From Alphaproteobacteria bacterium (lineage in GTDB: Bacteria; Pseudomonadota; Alphaproteobacteria; SP197): 64,000 bases of DNA. Below are positions 37,999 to 48,174 of this stretch, piece after piece. The stretch covers positions 4,352,001 through 4,416,000 of the forward strand of contig OZ245842.1 of assembly GCA_965228895.1 (NCBI GenBank), written 5' to 3'. A program made the position numbers and the translations under genes. Below the pieces are notes generated by a model. The model was not told the DNA's origin and did not search any database. It saw only the letters and a program-made list of their open reading frames with translations. Every line of letters begins with the position of its first letter. Within the stretch, counting starts at the first letter, position 1.

Positions 37999-39318
37999 GT
38001 GGATGAGATCAACGTCGACGTCAATCGACTCAGCATCTGGTTGGATGACCTGCTGGTGTGGGTCGATGCCGAAGTCCTGATCTGGCCAAAGTTGACCCAG
38101 GTCCTTGTCGCGGTAGCGCTACTAGCAATCGCGCTCTTGATCGCACCGTCTTTGCGCCGCTCGCTGACGGCTCTTGCCGATCGCAAGAAATTAGAAAACC
38201 CTCTCAAAGGTGCGCTGAATGCCGTCGCGCGATTGGCACCGATCTTTACATGGGCGATCCTTTTATGGATCGCCACATTGGCGGCAGCCGAAGCGGAGAT
38301 ACGCAACAATCTGCTGGCGGTTGTCACGACATTGGTGACGGCATGGGTCGTCATCCGGTTCGTCTCAAGCTTGGTGCGCGACCCGTCGATGGCGCGCCTG
38401 GTCGCGTTCAGTGCCTGGGCGATCGCCGCCCTCAGCATTCTTGATTTGCTGGAGCCGACGTCGAACATCCTCGATCGTATCGCGCTGAACATCGGCGATG
38501 TTCACATCTCGGTTCTAACCGTTTTGAAAGGCGCGGTCGCATTGGTCGTCTTGCTGTGGCTCGCCAACATCCTGTCGCACTTCCTCGACCGCCGGTATCG
38601 ATCGCTCGAATCGCTGACGCCTTCGATCAAGGTCCTGGCGAGCAAAGTCACGAAGATCCTGCTCATTACCATCGCCATTCTTGCGGCGCTGAGTGTCGTC
38701 GGCATCGACTTGACCGCCTTTGCCGTCTTTTCCGGGGCGGTCGGCGTCGGTGTCGGGTTCGGCCTGCAGAAGGTCGTCTCGAACTTGATAAGCGGCGTGA
38801 TCCTGTTGCTCGATCGCTCGATCAAGCCGGGCGATGTCATCGGCGTGGACCAGACCTATGGCTGGATCAAGGACCTGAACGCCCGCTATGCATCCGTCGT
38901 CACCCGCGACGGCGTCGAGCACCTGATTCCAAACGAAGACTTGATCACGCAGAAGGTGATGAATTGGTCGTTCTCGGACCTCCAAGTGCGCCTCAAGATT
39001 CCAGTCGGCATCTCCTATAACGCCGATGTCCGCAAGGCGATCGAGCTTTGCCTTGAGGCAGCCGCGGCGGTCGAGCGTGTCATCGACGAACCCAAGTCCG
39101 TCTGCCTGTTGAAGGGGTTCGGCGACAGCTCCGTCGATCTGGAAATTCGCATATGGATACAAGACCCGCAGAACGGCGTGTCGAACGTCAAGAGCCAGGT
39201 GCTGCTCGGCGTATGGGATCGGTTCCATGAACACGGTATCGAGATTCCGTTCCCGCAGCGCGATATTCACGTGCGGTCATCTACGCCGTTAGAGATAACG
39301 CCATCAGGCAATGATTAA
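37999..39318 (+). CDS. MscS-family mechanosensitive channel with extra N-terminal TM helices
   Basis: GVGVGFGLQKVVSN.ISG, IKPGD.I, IPN, GFGDSS and IEIPFPQRDIH. Confidence 0.92.
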   Translation: MDEINVDVNRLSIWLDDLLVWVDAEVLIWPKLTQVLVAVALLAIALLIAPSLRRSLTALADRKKLENPLKGALNAVARLAPIFTWAILLWIATLAAAEAEIRNNLLAVVTTLVTAWVVIRFVSSLVRDPSMARLVAFSAWAIAALSILDLLEPTSNILDRIALNIGDVHISVLTVLKGAVALVVLLWLANILSHFLDRRYRSLESLTPSIKVLASKVTKILLITIAILAALSVVGIDLTAFAVFSGAVGVGVGFGLQKVVSNLISGVILLLDRSIKPGDVIGVDQTYGWIKDLNARYASVVTRDGVEHLIPNEDLITQKVMNWSFSDLQVRLKIPVGISYNADVRKAIELCLEAAAAVERVIDEPKSVCLLKGFGDSSVDLEIRIWIQDPQNGVSNVKSQVLLGVWDRFHEHGIEIPFPQRDIHVRSSTPLEITPSGND

Positions 39319-39435
39319 TGTTGACATCGCAGCGACCGTCGAATTGACCGTGTTCGCTAGCCATAGCGCAACAAACGCAGGCCAATCAGCATCGAGACCA
39401 CAGGACAATTCGTCGAGAGTGAGTTAATTCGGGTC

Positions 39436-39966
39436 ATGACGAACGAAGAAAAACGTGTCATTGGCTGGCGTGAATGGCTGGCCATCCCGACGCTGGGTAT
39501 CGAACGGATCAAGGCCAAGATCGATACCGGCGCGCGCACGTCCGCGCTTCACGCCTATGACCTGGAACCATTTCAACAGGACGGCGTTCCGTGGATACGG
39601 TTCACGGTCCGCCCCTTGCAGCGCAACAGCAAGCTTGTGTTCGCGTGTACGGCGCCGGTGGTTGACCAGCGGGAGGTGACAAGTTCAACCGGCCAGACCG
39701 AACGGCGCTATGTGGTCGAGGTCGAGATCGCCATGGGCGGCGAAACCTGGCCTGTCGAGATGACGCTTGCCGCGCGTGACGAAATGGGTTTTCGCATGCT
39801 GCTGGGGAGAACAGCGGTCGAAGGCCGCATGATTGTCGACCCGGACCGCTCTTTCGTTCTGGGTCGCCTTAAGCCGCCCAAAAGACCACAAGGCAAGAAG
39901 AGGCCGGGTGCAAAAACAAAAAAAAGCCGAAGGGAAGGCAGCGAGGACAGGGAGGCAACACCGTGA
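39436..39966 (+). CDS. RimK-associated retropepsin-like protease (RimB / 'ATP-dependent Zn protease' family)
   Basis: [21 protein letters not shown] and MGFRMLLGR; Lys/Arg-rich C-terminal tail. Confidence 0.88.
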   Translation: MTNEEKRVIGWREWLAIPTLGIERIKAKIDTGARTSALHAYDLEPFQQDGVPWIRFTVRPLQRNSKLVFACTAPVVDQREVTSSTGQTERRYVVEVEIAMGGETWPVEMTLAARDEMGFRMLLGRTAVEGRMIVDPDRSFVLGRLKPPKRPQGKKRPGAKTKKSRREGSEDREATP

Positions 39967-40868
39967 AAATCTGCATGCTGGCGCGCAACGCGAAACTCTA
40001 TTCACACAAGCGTCTGGTCGAGGCGGCCCAGGAGCGCGGCCACGAGATCGATATCGTCGACCATCTGAAATGCTACATGGACATCACATCACACCGGCCG
40101 GGCATTCGCTACGAGGGCGAAGCGCTCACCGGTTATGACGCGGTCATTCCGCGCATCGGCGCGTCGGTGACGTTTTATGGTCTTGCGGTGCTGCGCCAGT
40201 TCGAGATGATGCATGTCTGGCCAATGAACGAGTCCGTCGCGATCGGACGATCGCGCGATAAACTGCGCTGCCTCCAGCTGCTATCCCGTGCAGGTCTCGG
40301 CCTGCCGGTGACAGGTTTCGCCCACGCGACCAAAGAGGTCGACAGCATGATCGAGATGGTGGGCGGTGCCCCGGTGGTGATCAAGCTGTTGGAAGGCACG
40401 CAAGGCATCGGCGTGGTACTGGGCGAGACCCATAGCTCGGCCAAGAGTATCATCGAGGCCTTCAGGGGCCTGGACGCCCAGATCATGGTCCAGGAGTTCA
40501 TCAAGGAGGCCAAGGGTGTCGATATCCGCTGTTTGGTCATTGGCGGCAAGGTTGTCGCGGCCATGCAGCGCAAGGGCGCGGAAGACGACTTTCGTTCGAA
40601 CCTCCATCGCGGCGGCACGGCGACGACCATCCGCATCACGCCGGAGGAACGGTCCACCGCGGTGCGCGCCGCCAAGACGCTCGGCCTCAATGTCGCCGGC
40701 GTCGACATGCTGCGTGCCAACCACGGCCCGGTGATCATGGAGGTCAACTCGTCGCCCGGCCTGGAAGGCATCGAAAAGGCAACCAGCAGGGATATCGCCG
40801 GCGAGATCATTGGCTTCATCGAGACCCATGCCAAGGTTGGCAAGACAAAGACCCGCGGCAGTGGCTAA
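39963..40868 (+). CDS. rimK: RimK ATP-grasp alpha-L-glutamate ligase
   Basis: [44 protein letters not shown] and [12 protein letters not shown]. Confidence 0.95.
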   Translation: MKICMLARNAKLYSHKRLVEAAQERGHEIDIVDHLKCYMDITSHRPGIRYEGEALTGYDAVIPRIGASVTFYGLAVLRQFEMMHVWPMNESVAIGRSRDKLRCLQLLSRAGLGLPVTGFAHATKEVDSMIEMVGGAPVVIKLLEGTQGIGVVLGETHSSAKSIIEAFRGLDAQIMVQEFIKEAKGVDIRCLVIGGKVVAAMQRKGAEDDFRSNLHRGGTATTIRITPEERSTAVRAAKTLGLNVAGVDMLRANHGPVIMEVNSSPGLEGIEKATSRDIAGEIIGFIETHAKVGKTKTRGSG

Positions 40869-41907
40869 GCCGTCTCACGCGCCGATTGAGATTGGCGGCC
40901 ATACGATCGAACCGGGCGAGCGAGTCACGCTGGACCTGCCGCTGTCCGTTCTGTCGACCCACACGCAGGTCAACCTGCCGATCCAGGTCATCCACGGCAA
41001 GCGGCCCGGACCGCGTCTACTGGTGACCGCCGCCGTGCATGGCGACGAGTTGAACGGGGTCGAGATCATCCGCCGACTGCTTGCGCGCCCCTCGGTGCGC
41101 CGCCTGGCCGGCACGCTGATTGCCGTTCCCATCGTCAACGTCTACGGGGTCATCAGCTATACCCGTTATCTGCCGGACCGGCGCGATCTCAACCGCAGCT
41201 TTCCCGGCTCGTCGACAGGCTCGCTGGCGTCCCAGCTTGCCCATCTCGTCAATCATGAGGTCTTGGCCCATGCCACCCATGCGGTCGATCTGCACACGGG
41301 CGCCATCCACCGCACCAATCTGCCCCAGATCCGCGGCCAGATAAAAGATGACGGCGTCCAACGCCTGATGAAGGCATTTGGCGCGCCGATCATGCTGGAC
41401 GCACCCCTTAGGCCCGGTTCGATGCGCACGATCGCGTCCGAGCGCGGCATTCCCATGGTCGTTTACGAATCCGGCGAAGCGCTCAGGTTCGATGAATTGT
41501 GCATCCGCACAGGTCTTGAGGGCGTGCTGAACATCATGGTCGATCTCGACATGATCCGACGCACGCGTTCGCGCCGTCGCGAGACGCCGGAGGCCGTCGT
41601 GGCCCACTCCAGCTATTGGGTCCGGGCGCCGGCTGGCGGCATCCTGCGCAGCACGTTCAAAATCGGCGAACGCGTCGAGGAAGATCAAGTCGTCGGCATC
41701 ATCGCCGATCCCATGGGTCAGTCCGAGGTGCCGGTAACGGCAAGCGAAGGCGGTATCGTGATCGGCCATACGCGGCTGCCGATCACCAATCAGGGCGATG
41801 CGCTCATCCATATTGCCCGTGTGCGCGATCCGATGAACGCGGCCGAACAGATCGAGTCCTTCCAGGACGTGCTGAGCGACGAGGAAGAAACCTGGTCGGA
41901 TAACTGA
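40861..41907 (+). CDS. Succinylglutamate desuccinylase/aspartoacylase-family (M14-like) deacylase
   Basis: [22 protein letters not shown] and YESGE; C-terminal biotinyl-like hairpin; overlaps rimK. Confidence 0.9.
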   Translation: MAKPSHAPIEIGGHTIEPGERVTLDLPLSVLSTHTQVNLPIQVIHGKRPGPRLLVTAAVHGDELNGVEIIRRLLARPSVRRLAGTLIAVPIVNVYGVISYTRYLPDRRDLNRSFPGSSTGSLASQLAHLVNHEVLAHATHAVDLHTGAIHRTNLPQIRGQIKDDGVQRLMKAFGAPIMLDAPLRPGSMRTIASERGIPMVVYESGEALRFDELCIRTGLEGVLNIMVDLDMIRRTRSRRRETPEAVVAHSSYWVRAPAGGILRSTFKIGERVEEDQVVGIIADPMGQSEVPVTASEGGIVIGHTRLPITNQGDALIHIARVRDPMNAAEQIESFQDVLSDEEETWSDN

Positions 41908-41997
41908 CGACAAAGCCTGCCCTGATCAGAGCAACCATGCCCGTTGCGCTGGTCGCGACCATGGGTATCATCCAGGCTCGTCAACGGGAGCTCACGC

Positions 41998-42192
41998 ATG
42001 ACTGCAGAACCGCCGGAAATCATCGAAACCGACTCGCCCAAGGTGGCGTGCGACGGCGGCGGCGGCGCACTCGGCCATCCCAAGGTCTATTACGATCTGA
42101 GCGCCCATGGTCAGATCGACTGCGGCTATTGCGACAGGCGCTTTATCTGGACTGGCTTCAAGGGCGACCAGGACGACGGCGCGGCCGCGTGA
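41998..42192 (+). CDS. zf-CHCC zinc-finger protein
   Basis: VACDGGGGALGHPKVY...CGYC.RRF. Confidence 0.9.
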   Translation: MTAEPPEIIETDSPKVACDGGGGALGHPKVYYDLSAHGQIDCGYCDRRFIWTGFKGDQDDGAAA

Positions 42193-42193
42193 C

Positions 42194-42829
42194 ATGACGC
42201 TGACCGGCTCGGTCCTGATTACCTTTGCGCTCGCCCTTGTCACGATCGCCAACCCGATCGGCAACATGGCGATCTTCGCCTCGCTGACCGGTGACAGGGA
42301 CGATGGGGAAAAGAAACAAATTGCGCTGAAATCGACGATTTCGATTGCGATCATTCTGGTCATCGTCACCTGGTCCGGCAGTTACATCCTGGGCCTGTTC
42401 GACATTTCCGTCGCCGCCTTTCAAACCACCGGCGGGCTGATCATCTTGCTGCTCGGGCTCTCCATGCTGCACAGCAAGACGAGCGCCATGCATCAAACGC
42501 TGGAGGAGAAGGAGGCGGCAGCGGAAAAGGAGCAGATCGCCGTCGTGCCTCTTGCCATCCCGATTGTCGCCGGACCGGGCGCCATGACGACCATCATCGT
42601 CCAGACCCACCAGACCGGCACAGTCATGGACCGGGTCGTCATCACCCTGGTGTGCCTTGGCGTCACGGTGTTGCTTTTGCTGGCCTTCCGCTTCGCTGCC
42701 CCGCTCAGCCATCGCCTGGGCATCGGCGGCGTCAACATCGTGACCCGCATCATGGGCATGGTGCTGGCGGCCATCGCCATGGGCATGCTGGCCGCCGGGC
42801 TGAAAAAGCTTTTCCCGGGTCTGGCCTAG
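42194..42829 (+). CDS. MarC family membrane protein
   Basis: NPIGN..IF, VPLAIP.VAGPG and TRIMG..LAAIA. Confidence 0.92.
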   Translation: MTLTGSVLITFALALVTIANPIGNMAIFASLTGDRDDGEKKQIALKSTISIAIILVIVTWSGSYILGLFDISVAAFQTTGGLIILLLGLSMLHSKTSAMHQTLEEKEAAAEKEQIAVVPLAIPIVAGPGAMTTIIVQTHQTGTVMDRVVITLVCLGVTVLLLLAFRFAAPLSHRLGIGGVNIVTRIMGMVLAAIAMGMLAAGLKKLFPGLA

Positions 42830-42836
42830 ACCAGAT

Positions 42837-44729
42837 CTAAAGCTCGACCTGCAGACCCAGCTCCATCACCCGGTCCGGCGGCAGCCGGTAGTAGTCCGAC
42901 GGCCTGACCGCGTTGCGATTCAGGAAAGCGAACAACGCCCGGCGCCATTTGATCAGACCGCCCGCCTTCTTGGGCGCCACGATCGTGGTGCGCCCGACAT
43001 AATAGACCACGTCGTCCAGGTCGACCGTCAGGCCAGCGCGCTCGCATAGGCGAAGCGCGACCGGAATGTCCGGGCTCTGCATAAAGCCGTAGTTTACGAC
43101 GACGCGCGTCGCATCATGCTTCATTGGGCTGATTTCCAGGCGGTCGGCGGTGCCGACCCGGGGCTGTCGGGTGCCGATAACGGACAGGAAGATGATGTGC
43201 TCATGCAAAACGCGATTGTGCTCGAGGTGATGCTGCCACGTGCGCAACGCGCTGCCTCGGTCGCCGGCCAGGAACACCGCGGTCCCGGATACCCGCGGCA
43301 GGCCGTCGGCAACGGCCTTGTCGAGCAGCTCGTCCAGGGACAATTCGACGCCGGCGAGTTGTTCCTGGACCCGCCGACGTCCGCGCCGCCAGGTCGCCAT
43401 CACGACAAACAGAACAACCGCGACGGTCATGGGATACCACCCGCCTTCGACGAACTTCAGCGTGTTGGCGCCGAAGAACGCGAGGTCGATGCTGAGCGCG
43501 ATCACAGCGAGCACGACCACCAGGACCGGATGCCAGCCCCACCTGATGGCAACAAGGGTGCCCAGCAGAGTCGTGAACACCATGTCGAGGGAGACGGCCA
43601 GACCATAGGCCGCCGAGAGATTGCCGGAGGTCTGGAACCCCAGCACCAGCGCGATGGTCGCGATCATCAGCAACCAGTTGACCGCCGGCATGTAGATTTG
43701 ACCCTCCTCCATGCCGCCTGTGTGGATGACCCGCATGCGCGGCAGGAACCCCAGCTGGATCGCCTGGCGAGTCAGAGAGAAGGTGCCGGTGATGATCGCC
43801 TGCGACGCGATCACCGTGGCGGCGGTCGCCAAGACGACGAGCGGGTAAAGCGCCCAATCCGGCGCCAGGTTATAGAAGGTGTGATGGCCCAGCCGGGGAT
43901 CGTCGAGCAGGATTCCGGCCTGTCCGAAATAGTTCAGCACCAGTCCCGGCAGGGCGATAAAGAACCAGGCCAGCCGAATCGGCGTGCGGCCGAAATGCCC
44001 CATGTCCGCGTACAGCGCCTCGGCGCCGGTAACGGCCAGAAAGACCGTACCCAGGACGACAAAACCGGCAAACCCGTTGTTGGCGAAGAAGGCGACGGCA
44101 TAGCTGGGGTCGACTGCCTGGAAAACACCGGGATGCAGAATGATGCCGCGCAGTCCCAGGATACCGAGCACCGCGAACCAGATCAGCATGACCGGGCCGA
44201 ACGCCGCACCGATGCCAGCGGTTCCGCGTCGCTGCACAAAAAACAGGAGAACCAGGACCGCAACGGTGATCGGCACCACATAGGGATCGAACAGCGACGT
44301 CGCGACCTTGAGCCCCTCGACAGCGCTCAAGACACTGATTGCCGGCGTGATCGTGCCGTCGCCGTACAGCAGGGCCGCGCCGAACATGCCGAGTGCGACC
44401 GCGACGGCCATCACCTTCGGGTTCTTTTCCCGTGCGCCCAGCAGCGCGATCAGCGCCATGACCCCGCCCTCGCCGCGGTTGTCGGCGCGCAGAATGAAGA
44501 CGAGGTATTTGATCGAGACAACCAGGATCAGCGACCAGAAGATCAGCGACACCACGCCCATGACGTTGCCTGCGGTCGGATCGATGCCGCTGCCATGCGC
44601 GAAGCTTTGCTTGAAGGCATAAAGCGGGCTGGTGCCGATATCGCCGTAGACGATGCCGAGCGCGGCCAGCGCCATCAGCGCAACCGGCGTACGCTTCTGG
44701 CCGTCCCCCTTATCGGCGTGATCGCTCAC
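42837..44729 (-). CDS. kup: KUP/HAK/KT potassium transporter
   Basis: GIVYGDIGTSPLY, DNRGEGG, ITPAISVLSAVEG, EALYADMGHFG and YGFMQ.P. Confidence 0.96.
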   Translation of the reverse strand: MSDHADKGDGQKRTPVALMALAALGIVYGDIGTSPLYAFKQSFAHGSGIDPTAGNVMGVVSLIFWSLILVVSIKYLVFILRADNRGEGGVMALIALLGAREKNPKVMAVAVALGMFGAALLYGDGTITPAISVLSAVEGLKVATSLFDPYVVPITVAVLVLLFFVQRRGTAGIGAAFGPVMLIWFAVLGILGLRGIILHPGVFQAVDPSYAVAFFANNGFAGFVVLGTVFLAVTGAEALYADMGHFGRTPIRLAWFFIALPGLVLNYFGQAGILLDDPRLGHHTFYNLAPDWALYPLVVLATAATVIASQAIITGTFSLTRQAIQLGFLPRMRVIHTGGMEEGQIYMPAVNWLLMIATIALVLGFQTSGNLSAAYGLAVSLDMVFTTLLGTLVAIRWGWHPVLVVVLAVIALSIDLAFFGANTLKFVEGGWYPMTVAVVLFVVMATWRRGRRRVQEQLAGVELSLDELLDKAVADGLPRVSGTAVFLAGDRGSALRTWQHHLEHNRVLHEHIIFLSVIGTRQPRVGTADRLEISPMKHDATRVVVNYGFMQSPDIPVALRLCERAGLTVDLDDVVYYVGRTTIVAPKKAGGLIKWRRALFAFLNRNAVRPSDYYRLPPDRVMELGLQVEL

Positions 44730-44787
44730 GATCGAATGTACCCCCTGCCCCCTCGCATCGCGCGTAGCGGAAGGCTAAAGTGCCGGC

Positions 44788-47526
44788 ATGGCTGAGTCAC
44801 CCAAACACGTCTACCTAATCGACGGCTCCGGTTTCATCTTCCGGGCCTTCCATGCGCTCCCCCCCATGACCCGCTCCGACGGCACACCGGTCAATGCGGT
44901 AATGGGTTTCTGCAACATGATCCTGAAGCTGATCGACAGCACCGACGCCGATCACATCGCCTGCATCCTGGACTACAGCTCCAAGAGCTTCCGCAACGAG
45001 GTCTATGATCAATACAAGGCACACCGGCCAGAGCCACCTGAGGAACTGGTGCCGCAGTTCCCGATGATCCGCGAGGCCGCCAGGGCCTTCAACCTGCCGG
45101 TCATCGAAATGGAAGGCTATGAGGCCGACGACCTGATCGCGACCTATACCCGCATGGCGCGCGAGGTTGGCGCGGAGGTCACCATCGTCTCGTCCGACAA
45201 GGACCTCATGCAGCTCATCGACGACGGCGTCATCATGGTCGACGGCCTGAAGAACAAGGAGATCCGAACCGAACAGGTCATCGAAAAGTTCGGGGTGCCG
45301 CCTGACAAGGTGATCGAGGTCCAGGCGCTGGCCGGCGACTCCGTGGACAATGTGCCGGGCGTGCCAGGGATCGGCGTCAAGACCGCCGCCCAGCTTATCG
45401 AGCAATACGGGGATCTGGAAAACCTGCTGGATCACGCCGAGGAGATCAAACAGCCCAAGCGGCGCGAGAACCTGATCGCCCATGCCGACGACGCGCGAAT
45501 CTCAAAACAGCTCGTCACGCTGGATAAGCACGTGCCGGTGACGGACGGTCTCGATCAGTTGATCAACCGGCCGCCGGAGCCGGACGCGCTGCTCGGTTTC
45601 TTGCGCGCTCAGGAGTTCCGCACCATTACCGCGAGGGTGGAAAGCTGGTTCGGCGATAAGGCCGTTGCCGCGGCCGAACCGGTCGAAGCCAAGGCTGAGG
45701 AAGGCCACGCGGACGGTTATGAGCTGATCCAGGAGATGGCCGACCTCGAACGCTGGATTGCCGAAGCGGCGCGTCTGGGTGTCGTCGCGGTCGATACCGA
45801 GACCACGTCGATTGACGAGATGACCGCCGAACTGGTCGGCATCTCGATGAGCACGGCCAGCGGCAATGGCTGTTACATACCGGTCGGCCACCGTCAGTCC
45901 GATGCCTTCTCGGAACGGCCCGAGCAGCTTGACCGGCAAGCGGTGCTCGACGCGCTCAAACCGCTCTTGACCGATTCCGCGGTGCTCAAGATCGGTCACA
46001 ACATCAAGTACGACATGGTGGTGCTGTCGCGGTACGGCATCGATGTGACGCCGGTCGACGACACCATGCTGCTCTCCTATGTGCTGGAGGGCGGCAAGCA
46101 CGACCACAAGATGGATTCACTCGCCCAGCTCTATCTCGGCGTTACGCCGATACCGTTCAAGGAGGTCGCGGGGTCCGGCAAGAAGCAGATCACGTTCGAC
46201 GAGGTGCCGCTGGACCGCGCGCTGGACTATGCCGCCGAGGACGCCGATGTGACCTTGCGCCTGTGGCTCGATCTGAAGCCGCGCCTGCCGCTGGAAAAGG
46301 TCACGCGCATCTATGAGACCGTCGAACGGCCGTTGATTCCCGTGATCGCCGAGATGGAAAAGGCCGGCGTCAAGGTCGACCGGGTCGAGTTGGAACGCAT
46401 GTCCGGCGAATTCGCCAAGCGCATCCAGAAACTGGAAAAGGAAATCCATAAACTCGCCGGCCACGCGTTTACGATCGGCTCACCCAAACAGTTGGGCGAG
46501 GTCCTGTTCAACGAAATGGGCCTGGAAGGCGGCAAAAAGGGCAAGTCCGGCGCCTATACGACCAGCGCCGACGTCCTGGAATCGCTCGCCGCACAAGGCC
46601 ACGAGTTACCGGCCAAGGTGCTGGAGTGGCGCCAGCTATCCAAACTGAAGAGCACCTATACCGACACCCTGGTCGAGCAAATCAACCCGGATACCGGGCG
46701 CGTGCACACATCGTTTTCCATGGCCGCCGCCTCGACCGGACGCCTGGCGAGTTCCGATCCCAACCTGCAGAACATCCCGGTCCGGACCGAGGAAGGTCGG
46801 CGTATCCGCGAAGCGTTCGTCGCCGATAAGGGCAACGTTCTGCTGAGCGCCGACTATTCGCAGATCGAGTTGCGCCTGCTCGCCCATGTCGCCGATATCC
46901 CGACCTTGAAGGAGGCGTTCCGCGACGGTCTGGACATTCATGCGATGACCGCCAGCCAGGTCTTCGACGTGCCCTTGAAAGACATGGACCCGATCACGCG
47001 GCGCAACGCCAAGGCCATCAACTTCGGCATTATCTATGGCATCAGCGCGTTTGGTCTGGCGCGCCAGCTCGGCATCGGCCGCGACGACGCGGCCGCCTAC
47101 ATCAAGGCCTATTTCGAGCGTTATCCCGGCATCAAGGACTACATGGACCGGACCAAGAAAAAGGCCAAGGAAACCGGCTATGTGGAGACCCTGTTCGGGC
47201 GACGCTGTCATGTGCCTGGCATCAACGACCGCAATCCGTCGACCCGCGGGTTCTACGAACGCGCCGCGATCAACGCACCGCTGCAAGGCTCGGCCGCCGA
47301 TATCATCAAACGCGCGATGATTCGCGTTCCCGGCGAACTCTTATCGGTGAAACTGAAGGCGCGCATGCTGCTTCAGGTGCATGACGAACTGCTGTTCGAA
47401 GTGCCTGAGAAAGAGGCCGATAAGACGGCCAAGCTGGTCAAGCGCGTGATGGAGGATGCCGCCCACCTGTCGGTTCCCCTTACCGTCGACACCGGCACGG
47501 GCCTGACCTGGAACGACGCCCACTGA
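44788..47526 (+). CDS. polA: DNA polymerase I
   Basis: 5'-3' exonuclease (LIDGS, EADD, SSDKD), 3'-5' exonuclease (VDTET), polymerase motifs (DYSQIELR, KAINFG..YG, QVHDEL). Confidence 0.98.
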   Translation: MAESPKHVYLIDGSGFIFRAFHALPPMTRSDGTPVNAVMGFCNMILKLIDSTDADHIACILDYSSKSFRNEVYDQYKAHRPEPPEELVPQFPMIREAARAFNLPVIEMEGYEADDLIATYTRMAREVGAEVTIVSSDKDLMQLIDDGVIMVDGLKNKEIRTEQVIEKFGVPPDKVIEVQALAGDSVDNVPGVPGIGVKTAAQLIEQYGDLENLLDHAEEIKQPKRRENLIAHADDARISKQLVTLDKHVPVTDGLDQLINRPPEPDALLGFLRAQEFRTITARVESWFGDKAVAAAEPVEAKAEEGHADGYELIQEMADLERWIAEAARLGVVAVDTETTSIDEMTAELVGISMSTASGNGCYIPVGHRQSDAFSERPEQLDRQAVLDALKPLLTDSAVLKIGHNIKYDMVVLSRYGIDVTPVDDTMLLSYVLEGGKHDHKMDSLAQLYLGVTPIPFKEVAGSGKKQITFDEVPLDRALDYAAEDADVTLRLWLDLKPRLPLEKVTRIYETVERPLIPVIAEMEKAGVKVDRVELERMSGEFAKRIQKLEKEIHKLAGHAFTIGSPKQLGEVLFNEMGLEGGKKGKSGAYTTSADVLESLAAQGHELPAKVLEWRQLSKLKSTYTDTLVEQINPDTGRVHTSFSMAAASTGRLASSDPNLQNIPVRTEEGRRIREAFVADKGNVLLSADYSQIELRLLAHVADIPTLKEAFRDGLDIHAMTASQVFDVPLKDMDPITRRNAKAINFGIIYGISAFGLARQLGIGRDDAAAYIKAYFERYPGIKDYMDRTKKKAKETGYVETLFGRRCHVPGINDRNPSTRGFYERAAINAPLQGSAADIIKRAMIRVPGELLSVKLKARMLLQVHDELLFEVPEKEADKTAKLVKRVMEDAAHLSVPLTVDTGTGLTWNDAH

Positions 47527-47829
47527 CGCGCAAGGGCAACAGCCACCTCTGTCCCAAAACGTGACGTCGTGCTGAAAGGCGGTGGCGGAATCACGTCCTG
47601 CGAACCGGTTGCGAACGACATCACAGCAACCAAGTCACGAAGATTTCGCTGGCGTTTCGCTCGACAAACGCCCATATGACTCTCGTCGGACGGTGGGTCC
47701 GGCTGGTCATCGCCGGGTTTCTGCTTGTCGATGCGTCACGGTTAACACCTTGCGGCCCCTCCCAACCATTCGATTATGACTGGCGACGCGGCGTCCCGAT
47801 TGGGCGTCGCAACAAGGAGACTTTTTTCG

Positions 47830-48036
47830 ATGCAGAGTGGTTCCGTGAAGTGGTTTAACTCCACCAAGGGTTATGGGTTCATTGCTCCCGACAGCGGTGA
47901 ACGCGACGTGTTCGTTCATATCAGCGCCGTTGAGCGCGCCGGACTGGACAGCCTGGCCGAAGGTCAGAAGGTCGAGTTCGAGGTCGTTCCAGGCCGCGAC
48001 GGACGCACGTCCGCCGACAATCTGAAAGTGGTCTGA
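47830..48036 (+). CDS. Cold-shock protein
   Basis: VKWFN..KGYGFI (RNP1) and DVFVH (RNP2); AAGGAG RBS; preceded by ~300 nt of non-coding DNA. Confidence 0.95.
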   Translation: MQSGSVKWFNSTKGYGFIAPDSGERDVFVHISAVERAGLDSLAEGQKVEFEVVPGRDGRTSADNLKVV

Positions 48037-48082
48037 GCTAAAGGAACTGCCCGGTCAAAGACGGGGCGTTACCTTGAAGAAC

Positions 48083-48124
48083 AAGAGGCGGCGGGTCCAA
48101 AGACCCGCCGCCTCTTTGTTTTTG
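48083..48124. terminator. Intrinsic terminator (probably bidirectional) between csp and pckA
   Basis: AAGAGGCGGCGGGTC-CAAA-GACCCGCCGCCTCTT followed by TGTTTTT. Confidence 0.85.
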
Positions 48125-48174
48125 TCTGAGATCTTTTTGTTGCTCCAGCCAACTAGACCAAAAAGGCGTCAGCC

